A stretch of 29,370 nt of DNA from a virus (Duplodnaviria; Caudoviricetes): positions 1-29,370 of IMG/VR virus record IMGVR_UViG_3300011264_000008. One strand, 5' to 3'. Positions 8,025 to 15,006 of this stretch are shown here, in pieces. Position 1 is the stretch's first letter. Each line of letters starts with the position of its first letter. Both the position numbers and the translations under genes were made by a program. The notes beneath the pieces were generated by a model. The model did no database searches, was not told the DNA's origin, and saw only the letters and a program-made list of their open reading frames with translations.

Positions 8025-8252
8025 ATGCCCTTCACCCTCACTGGCGCGCAGGTACGGCAACTGAGAACGGCGCTCGGCGTCTCACAAGCGGAGCTGGCGC
8101 GTTCGCTCGGCTACACCCGCGCCGCCATCTGTCGCTGGGAACGGAGCGGCGCGCAGTCCATCCCACGCACGCAGTACCGCGCCGTGCTGGACTACCTGAA
8201 GGCGCGGCGGCAGGATGGCGACGACCTGGCGGCGCTGGCGGCGTCGCTGTAG
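8025..8252 (+). CDS. XRE/Cro-family helix-turn-helix regulator
   Basis: VRQLRTALGVSQAELARSLGYTRAAICRWER; AAAGGA RBS before ATG 8025. Confidence 0.88.
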   Translation: MPFTLTGAQVRQLRTALGVSQAELARSLGYTRAAICRWERSGAQSIPRTQYRAVLDYLKARRQDGDDLAALAASL

Positions 8253-8280
8253 GATGCGCGTATTGCGCCTCATCAGAGGC

Positions 8281-8334
8281 ACCGACAAAACCGACAAAAC
8301 TAAATCACTAGGCGGTTTTGTCGGTTTTGTCGGT
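8281..8334. repeat. perfect 20-bp inverted repeat built from tandem 9-mers
   Basis: ACCGACAAAACCGACAAAAC (8281-8300), 14-nt spacer, GTTTTGTCGGTTTTGTCGGT (8315-8334). Confidence 0.95.
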
Positions 8335-8355
8335 TAGTGGCAAGGGGATGTATTC

Positions 8356-8571
8356 GTGTCGCAGAAACAGGCGCTTGACGATCTGAGCAGGGCGCAACTG
8401 TTGTATACAGCAGACCAGGCGGCGGCGATACTGTGTATCTCACGCGGGCAAATCTACAAAGAGATGGCGGCGGGTCGTCTCAAAGGGTTGCTGATTGGTA
8501 CCCGCACGCGGCGGTTCTCACGCATGGAACTGGAACAATATGTAGCGGCTCGTGAGAAAGAAGGGCGTTGA
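8356..8571 (+). CDS. excisionase/AlpA-like (MerR-type HTH) DNA-binding protein
   Basis: LLYTADQAAAILCISRGQIYKEMAAGRL...IGTRTRRFSRMELEQYV. Confidence 0.85.
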   Translation: MSQKQALDDLSRAQLLYTADQAAAILCISRGQIYKEMAAGRLKGLLIGTRTRRFSRMELEQYVAAREKEGR

Positions 8572-9059
8572 CCGTGAGCGAGCGTGACCTCTTCCCCGAT
8601 GACGCATCCTATCAGGCGTACCTTCGCCACCTTGACGAGTTGGCGAAGCAAGAGATACGCGATAGGGCTACGCGGGCAAGAAATAAGCGACGAGGCCCAA
8701 AGTGGGGTCCTCGTAAGAAGCGTGCGATGGCGGTGCTGTACACGAGGCGATGCAGGGCAAAGTTATGCGCTGACTCTGACGCCTATGTGCAGTATTTGTC
8801 GCGTTGCCGACTCAGGGACCGGGAATGGCGGGCGCGTAATCCTAATCGCGCCCGCGAAAAAGGGAGAAGAGCCTATTGGAAGGACCCCGAAATGCACCGC
8901 TTGGCGTCACGCGCCTACGCCGCCGAGCATCGCGAGGAGAGGCGCGCCTATAAGGCTACCTACCATGCAGAGCATCGTGCGGAGCAAAATGCCAAAGCTC
9001 GCGCCCGCTACGCTGCCAAGAAAGCCGCTCAGCAATCCCAGGACGGCGCGACCTCCTAA
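8568..9059 (+). CDS. Arg/Lys-rich hypothetical protein
   Basis: TTGA overlap; repeats YAAEHREE / YHAEHRAE resemble spacer helices of phage endonucleases. Confidence 0.55.
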   Translation: MTVSERDLFPDDASYQAYLRHLDELAKQEIRDRATRARNKRRGPKWGPRKKRAMAVLYTRRCRAKLCADSDAYVQYLSRCRLRDREWRARNPNRAREKGRRAYWKDPEMHRLASRAYAAEHREERRAYKATYHAEHRAEQNAKARARYAAKKAAQQSQDGATS

Positions 9060-9076
9060 GCCGTCCATCCGTCCAC

Positions 9077-9117
9077 TTATCCACACCTGTTGACAGACTG
9101 TTGACAAGTCGTTGACA
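9077..9117. promoter_or_regulatory. DnaA box plus three 11-bp-phased GTTGACA repeats
   Basis: TTATCCACA at 9077-9085; TTGACA at 9090, 9101 and 9112. Confidence 0.65.
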
Positions 9118-9203
9118 TTCTCCGTTGCTTTTGTCCTGCCTCACTCGGAATACTGGATACTAGGACAGTGTGCCAGGCGGAAACGGACAGTAGGCAGGTG
9201 AGC

Positions 9204-9734
9204 ATGGCGACGGTACGGGCCATCCCACGCGACGCTGTGACCGGCGAGCCGTTGCAACGCGGCACGCCCCGCTATCGCCTCCACACTGACCGGCTCGACA
9301 ATCCGCGCGGCGTGCGCTTGGGTGATGAGGCGGAAACGTCACCACAGCCCGTGCGCCTGCATACCGCGACCGTGGAGCATGGCGGCCTGGGCGGTCATTG
9401 CTTCGCCCGCCAGTTCGCGCAATACCTGGCCCGCGTCAAGCCCGCCGCTGTCCTCATCGCGGAATACGAGCGGCGTTTCTGGTGGGCAGGCGCGTATGGC
9501 CGGCGGCGGGTGGAGGCGCGCTTCATCCGCCGCGACGGCCTGGAACGCGGCGGCAAAGCGTACCGTGTGGCGCTGGCGCTGGCATCGGGCTACACCGATT
9601 ACGCCACCGCCGCCGCTGAGACAGGTCACACGCCCAATTGGCTGGCGTGGCAGGTGGAACGCGCGGAGAAGTTCGCCCGTGAGCCTGCGGGCGCTATCCG
9701 GGTCGTACGGCCCATTGAGCGGCCATCACGCTAA
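9204..9734 (+). CDS. hypothetical protein, possible late-gene transcription regulator
   Basis: C-terminal HTH-like segment (GYTDYATAAAETGHTPNWLAWQVERA); lies near the early/late boundary. Confidence 0.55.
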   Translation: MATVRAIPRDAVTGEPLQRGTPRYRLHTDRLDNPRGVRLGDEAETSPQPVRLHTATVEHGGLGGHCFARQFAQYLARVKPAAVLIAEYERRFWWAGAYGRRRVEARFIRRDGLERGGKAYRVALALASGYTDYATAAAETGHTPNWLAWQVERAEKFAREPAGAIRVVRPIERPSR

Positions 9735-9742
9735 CCTACAAT
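9715..9742 (+). promoter_or_regulatory. candidate late promoter
   Basis: TTGAGC (9715-9720), 16-nt spacer, TACAAT (9737-9742). Confidence 0.45.
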
Positions 9743-9838
9743 CGAGCACCTTCTACGGCAGCCAACCGGCGCGCGTGACTTGTCCGCGACGCCAGCTCTG
9801 ATGGACAGCGGTAGCGCATGGGCTTTAGAGAGGACGCT

Positions 9839-10327
9839 ATGCCAGAGGAAACATCCGCCGTAGCCACAAAGACGTACGATGATCTGGATGGCTATATCGC
9901 GTCGCTCACCGATGAAGAACGCGAGCAACTGGCTATCGCGGAGGCGTCATTCAATCTGGCGGATGCTGACGTTGCTGAGGACGCTCCCAAGACGTCCTGC
10001 GGCCAGTGCGGCAAGGAACTGGACTGGCGCGACCGCTCCTATGGCGGCAAGGCGAAGGAAGCGACTGAGGACGCACCCGCCGTTGAGCCAACCTGTAAGC
10101 GGTGTCACGCGCAGGCGGCGAAGGCGGCGCGGCGCGGCGTGCTACATCAGGCGTCGCAAATGGTAATGCGCGGCAAGAAGCTTGTTGAGGTTCCTATCCT
10201 CTTCAATCGCGCCGCCCGGCGTGACCGGCGCAAGCCGCCTAAGCCGATAGCGGAGAAGCCGCCTAAGCGCACCCGCGCGATGCGCCGCCAGGCCGCGCGC
10301 GAGAAAGCCGCACAAGTGGCGGCGTAG
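9839..10327 (+). CDS. zinc-finger protein with acidic N-terminus and basic C-terminus
   Basis: CGQC and CKRC motifs; GAGAGGA RBS before ATG 9839. Confidence 0.65.
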   Translation: MPEETSAVATKTYDDLDGYIASLTDEEREQLAIAEASFNLADADVAEDAPKTSCGQCGKELDWRDRSYGGKAKEATEDAPAVEPTCKRCHAQAAKAARRGVLHQASQMVMRGKKLVEVPILFNRAARRDRRKPPKPIAEKPPKRTRAMRRQAAREKAAQVAA

Positions 10328-10337
10328 TTCCTACGAT

Positions 10338-10739
10338 AGCCGGACGGCGGCTTGACGGCGCGGTCATGTGGTAGTCCACGCGCGTTCGTGACGGCGGTTA
10401 CAGCCATGCCGCCGCCCGGCTTATTCCATCCTTGCCTCTTCCTGGTGAGCCTGCCCGGCTCTGCGCGTTCGCTCGCCTCACCCGCCGCGTGGCCCCTCTC
10501 TTGCCACCTGGCGCGCCCCTGGGAAGGCGCTGTGGTGAGACGTAGCACGGCCTCCAGACGCGCATCCGGGCGGCTCCTCTCCTGTCTAGCGCGCTCACCA
10601 GGCGTGAGTGGCGTAACGGCGGCGCGCTTACCCCGCGTCGCCAGCCTTGGCGAACTCTGGTGATAGTGGCGTTATCACCTAAGCTTGGCAGTTTATACGC
10701 GGCGCGTAGAGCCCTTCACGCGGCGCGTATACGGCAAGG
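10338..10739 (+). ncRNA. candidate large structured RNA upstream of terS
   Basis: ~460-nt gap with no credible gene and more than ten compatible nested helices, several with G-U pairs on the + strand (see findings). Confidence 0.55.
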
Positions 10740-10785
10740 TGAAGGTGGATAGCGATAGCGCGGGATGACTGACTGGTGATGACCT

Positions 10786-11358
10786 ATGCCAAGCAAACCA
10801 GGACAGCGTAAGCGCCGCCCGCTGGTGTGGACTGACGAGCAAAAGCAGGCGTTGAACCTCATCTTTGAGGGGCGCAAGTCGCAGGAAAAGATTGCCGAAG
10901 ATTGCCACATTCCCGCACGCACGCTGCGTGATTGGATTGCGCATCCCGACTTTCAAGCCAAGCTCAAAGAGCGGCGCGACAATCTCATAGAGGCGCTAGA
11001 CGCCACACCGTATATCCGCAAAGAGCGACGCTTGATGGCGTTGGCGCAAATGGCTGAAAGCGCACGCGAAGAGTATGAGGCGCGGCCTTGGCTGAAAGAG
11101 ATACGCCAGACGGGGCGCGACGCCGAGACAGGCGAGCCGCTTACCACTGTCAACGAGTCATTCAATCGTGACGCGCACGCCGCCTTTCGTGAGTCCCTGG
11201 CGGACATCGCCGCCGAGTTGGGCGCACGCAAGAACTTCACCGAAATTAGCGGCTCGCTGGAAGTCATGAACGATGCCGAATCATTTGACCGCCGCCTCAC
11301 TAGCCTCTGGGAGCGCATCACAACGGGCGGCGTGGCTGGCGAGCCTCACGCCGGATGA
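10786..11358 (+). CDS. terS: terminase small subunit (N-terminal HTH)
   Basis: HTH (SQEKIAEDCHIPARTLRDWIAHPDF) directly upstream of TerL. Confidence 0.75.
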   Translation: MPSKPGQRKRRPLVWTDEQKQALNLIFEGRKSQEKIAEDCHIPARTLRDWIAHPDFQAKLKERRDNLIEALDATPYIRKERRLMALAQMAESAREEYEARPWLKEIRQTGRDAETGEPLTTVNESFNRDAHAAFRESLADIAAELGARKNFTEISGSLEVMNDAESFDRRLTSLWERITTGGVAGEPHAG

Positions 11359-12577
11359 CAAGGCACGCCTCCGTTACCATTGGCCCTTCTGGGCGCGACC
11401 TGAGCAACTAACGCCGCCAGGTGATTGGAATGTCTGGCTGATTCTGAGCGGGCGTGGTTGGGGCAAGACACGCACAGGCGCGGAAGACGTGAAAGCCTAC
11501 GGGCTGGCGCATCCAGAGAGCCGTATCGCCATTGTGGCGCCCACCTTCGCGGATGCGCGTGACACCTGTGTTGAAGGCGATAGCGGCCTGCTGAATGTGT
11601 TGCCACGCGGCGTGCTGAAGAAGTGGAACCGCACGCTAGGCGAAATCGAACTGACCAACGGCACGCATTACAAACTGTTCAGCGCCGCCGAACCTGACCG
11701 TTTACGCGGGCCGCAACATCACCGGGCATGGTGTGATGAGGTCGCGGCCTGGCAGTACGGGCGCGACGCCTGGGATCAACTCATGTTTGGGTTGCGCCTT
11801 GGCACGCATCCGCAAGCCGTTTGTACCACCACGCCGCGCCCGGTCGCGCTGATACGCGACTTGCTAGACCGCGCTGATGTGCATATCACCCGTGGCAGCA
11901 CCTTCGACAACGCCGCGAACCTTGCCGCGCCCGCGCTGGCGTCGCTTCAAGCGCGTTATGCTGGGACGCGGTTAGGACGCCAGGAGTTGATGGGCGAAGT
12001 CTTGACCGACACGCCCGGCGCGCTGTGGAAGCGTGACGCCATCGAAGCCCTGCGCGTGTCCAGCCTGCCTGACGGCGGCCTGACGCGCATCGTGGTGGCG
12101 ATAGACCCCGCCGTGACGAGTGGCGAAGGCTCAGACGAGACGGGCGTGATTGTGGCGGGCGTAGGCGCGGACGGTCATGGCTACGTCCTTGATGACCGTA
12201 GCATGCGCGCGACGCCTGACAAGTGGGCGCGTGAGGCGGTGGCGGCGTACCACGCGCGGCATGCTGACCGCATCGTGGCGGAGGTCAACCAGGGCGGCGA
12301 ATTGGTGGCGCTCACCATCCACACGATTGACGCCAGCGTGGCCTACAAGGCTGTGCATGCCAGCCGGGGCAAGGTGGCGCGTGCGGAGCCGGTGGCGGCG
12401 CTCTACGAGCAAGGGCGTGTCCACCATTGCGGCACGTTCCCTGACCTTGAAGACCAGATGTGCCAGTGGACGCAAGGCGACGCCTCACCTGACCGCTTAG
12501 ACGCGCTGGTATGGGCGCTCACTGACCTGATGCTAGAGCGCACGCCCGATTACAGCCTCATGTCCTGGGATGACTGA
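11273..12577 (+). CDS. terL: terminase large subunit
   Basis: Walker A SGRGWGKT, RLRGPQ, Walker B AWCDE, TTTP, nuclease VAIDPA...DETG, SPDRLDALVWA. Confidence 0.97.
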   Translation: MPNHLTAASLASGSASQRAAWLASLTPDDKARLRYHWPFWARPEQLTPPGDWNVWLILSGRGWGKTRTGAEDVKAYGLAHPESRIAIVAPTFADARDTCVEGDSGLLNVLPRGVLKKWNRTLGEIELTNGTHYKLFSAAEPDRLRGPQHHRAWCDEVAAWQYGRDAWDQLMFGLRLGTHPQAVCTTTPRPVALIRDLLDRADVHITRGSTFDNAANLAAPALASLQARYAGTRLGRQELMGEVLTDTPGALWKRDAIEALRVSSLPDGGLTRIVVAIDPAVTSGEGSDETGVIVAGVGADGHGYVLDDRSMRATPDKWAREAVAAYHARHADRIVAEVNQGGELVALTIHTIDASVAYKAVHASRGKVARAEPVAALYEQGRVHHCGTFPDLEDQMCQWTQGDASPDRLDALVWALTDLMLERTPDYSLMSWDD

Positions 12578-12609
12578 CGACGGGTAGCGAGTAGGGAGTC
12601 ACACACGCT

Positions 12610-14211
12610 ATGGCGACATTTCGCGACTTCCTACCGCCCATCCTGGCCCGCGCGCTCTGGCGTGGCGGCGCTGGCGCTGAGGCGAAGGAGATGTCTGGCT
12701 CCATAGACTTTCTCCCCGGCATTGCCGAGTTCATGAACCCTAGCGAGCCAACCTACAAGACCGCCCGCGACTACGGCAAGATGAGCCAACACGGCTATAA
12801 CGGGAACGTCTATCTCTACAGGGCCGTGACGGTCATTACGCAGGCCATCGCCGGTATCCCGTGGGAACTCTACAAGAAAGGCCGTGGCGGCCAGCGCGCC
12901 AGCATTCCCCATCCGGTCATTGACCTGCTCAACATCGAAGCCAATGATGATGACAGCGGGCCAGAGTTCATGGAAGCCGTGTGCGCCTACTGGCTGCTGG
13001 CGGGCATGACGTATGTGTGGGCCGTGCGGCCTGAGACCGGCGCCACCCGCGCGCCGACGAAGTTGTATCCCATTCAGCCCAACTGCATGACGCCGGATGT
13101 GGACCGCGACGGCGCCCTGACCGGCTGGACGTTCCAGGTTGGCGACCACAAGCAACATTTCAACCCTGAGGACATCCTGCGCGTCAAGGACTTCCACCCG
13201 CTGACTCGCGCGCAAGGCGTGGCGCCCGCCAGCGTGGCGGCCCGCGCGTTAGACCAGCACAACGCGGCGAATGACTGGAATACCGCGCTGTTGCAAAACA
13301 TGGCCCGCCCATCCGGCATGCTGACACCCAAGTTTGACAGCATCATCCCGCCTGACGCGCATGCGACATTCAAAGAAGACTTGCGTGAGCGCTATCAGGG
13401 GCCGCGCAACGCCGGGCGTCCACTCGTGCCGCGCGCGCCGATGGAATGGACGGAGATGGGCCAGACGCCCTCCGAAATGGATTGGCTCAACGGCAAGACG
13501 CAAGCGGCGCGTGAGATCGCCATCGCCTTCGGTGTGCCGCCTGAACTGCTAGGCGACGCATCGAATAAGACATATTCCAATCAGGTGGAGGCGCGGCGGG
13601 CGCTCTACATGGAAACCATCCTGCCGCGCATGGACAGGCTGAAGGCGGCGCTCTCACGCTGGCTGCTACCGATGTACGGGCTTGACCCGGCGGTCTACGC
13701 CATTGACTACGACCGCAACGCCATCGAGGCGCTAGCCGAAGACCAGGACGCGATGCATGCCCGCGCGCGGCAGGACTACATCGGCGGCATCATCACGCTC
13801 AATCAGGCGCGTACGATGATTGGCGAAGACCCGATTGACGAGGGCGACATCTTCCTGGCGCCGCCGCGCGCCCTGACGCTTGACCAGTTGCTAGAAGGCG
13901 CAAGCCTGCCGACGTTGCCAGACGGCGCGAAGCCGCCTACGCCGCCCCATCCGGGCGCGCCCGCGACGCCCCCCGCGCTGCCACCGGGCCAGATCGTTGA
14001 CGCCAACCCGCCCGGCAATGGCGGCAATACGTCGCCTAACGCCGCTAGCGGGCCGTCAGTGGCCTCCAATGGCGCGAAGGGTATGGATAGACAGGTGATG
14101 CCCCCTTTCGCCTCACGGGCCGCTCACGCGCTCTACAGCCCATCCGCGCGGGCAAAGCGGCTGGCGAAGGAAGCCAGGGAAGCGGCGGCAGTGACCGCGC
14201 GGCGAAGGTAG
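12610..14211 (+). CDS. portal protein, HK97 family, with Pro-rich C-terminal extension
   Basis: VYLYRAVTVITQAIAGIPW, NMARPSGML, REIAIAFGVPPELLG, TYSN, ITLNQAR; follows terL. Confidence 0.95.
   Translation: MATFRDFLPPILARALWRGGAGAEAKEMSGSIDFLPGIAEFMNPSEPTYKTARDYGKMSQHGYNGNVYLYRAVTVITQAIAGIPWELYKKGRGGQRASIPHPVIDLLNIEANDDDSGPEFMEAVCAYWLLAGMTYVWAVRPETGATRAPTKLYPIQPNCMTPDVDRDGALTGWTFQVGDHKQHFNPEDILRVKDFHPLTRAQGVAPASVAARALDQHNAANDWNTALLQNMARPSGMLTPKFDSIIPPDAHATFKEDLRERYQGPRNAGRPLVPRAPMEWTEMGQTPSEMDWLNGKTQAAREIAIAFGVPPELLGDASNKTYSNQVEARRALYMETILPRMDRLKAALSRWLLPMYGLDPAVYAIDYDRNAIEALAEDQDAMHARARQDYIGGIITLNQARTMIGEDPIDEGDIFLAPPRALTLDQLLEGASLPTLPDGAKPPTPPHPGAPATPPALPPGQIVDANPPGNGGNTSPNAASGPSVASNGAKGMDRQVMPPFASRAAHALYSPSARAKRLAKEAREAAAVTARRR
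14103..14109 (+). other. candidate -1 ribosomal frameshift site C CCT TTC (portal to MuF-like frame)
   Basis: X XXY YYZ heptamer in the portal frame; the -1 frame is open from 14091 and continues into ORF 14241-14996. Confidence 0.65.
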
Positions 14212-14240
14212 AGCGGGCGCGCCTGTCCGCGCATCGGGCC

Positions 14241-14996
14241 GTGCGTAAGCAGGTCTCCGCGCAATTCCAAGCTGAGCGGGATACGCTGGTGAGCATCCTG
14301 CGCGACGCCGCCCAATCTGGCGTCTCGCCACAGGAAGCCGCTAGCCGCGCCATAGACGCCGCCAAAGCCTTCGGTAGTGACTGGCAAGCCCTGTTCCAAG
14401 CGGCGCTTGCCACCGTCAGTCAGGAAGCGGCAGGCCAGCTCATCAACGAGTGGCGCAAGGCGGGCCTGTTGCCGGATGGCGTGACCTACGACCCGGCGCG
14501 CGATGGGAGCAAGGTAGCGGAGGCGCTGGCCAGCGGCGTGACGGCGCGGCAAGCCGACGCCACGGCGCAAACGACGGTAGACGCGCTCACGGAGGCGTTT
14601 GACCGCCAGTTGAGCCAGGGCATTGACGCCAGCGCGATTGACAGCCTCATCACGGCGCTGGAACAAGCGTATGCCGATTGGCTAGCGGGCCGGGTGGATA
14701 CCATCGCTGACCTGCAAGTCGTGGGCGCGTGGAGCCTAGGCGAGTTAGACGCCGCGTTCACAGCGGCGGATGTGACCGGCGCGCAGGCGGTGCGGACGTG
14801 GGTGACGGTCGGTGACGCGAAGGTCAGGCCAGAGCACGCGGCGGCGGATGGCCAGACAGTGGGGCTCAATGAGCCGTTTGACGTGGGCGGCGAAAGCCTG
14901 ATGTATCCCTGCGACCCCTCCGCATCTATTGGCCTAACGGCAAATTGCCGGTGCGGCTTGGAATGGTCGCTGCAACTGGCGACGGGTGGCGCGTAA
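14241..14996 (+). CDS. MuF / SPP1 gp7-like head morphogenesis protein (probably made as a portal fusion)
   Basis: RTWVTVGDAKVRPEHAAADGQTV...EPF.VGGESLMYPCDP...NCRC signature; no RBS before GTG 14241. Confidence 0.88.
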   Translation: MRKQVSAQFQAERDTLVSILRDAAQSGVSPQEAASRAIDAAKAFGSDWQALFQAALATVSQEAAGQLINEWRKAGLLPDGVTYDPARDGSKVAEALASGVTARQADATAQTTVDALTEAFDRQLSQGIDASAIDSLITALEQAYADWLAGRVDTIADLQVVGAWSLGELDAAFTAADVTGAQAVRTWVTVGDAKVRPEHAAADGQTVGLNEPFDVGGESLMYPCDPSASIGLTANCRCGLEWSLQLATGGA

Positions 14997-15006
14997 GGAG
15001 GCAGTA

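Noticed and set aside
9090-9117. Three tandem sigma70 promoters (TTGACA)
   Set aside because: No recognisable -10 hexamer at 16-18 bp from any copy; treated as binding repeats instead.
10147-10663. ORFs 10352-10663 (+), 10147-10548 (-) and 10398-10598 (-)
   Set aside because: No RBS, Arg/Pro/Ala/Ser-rich shadow composition and no motifs; the region is better explained as structured non-coding sequence.
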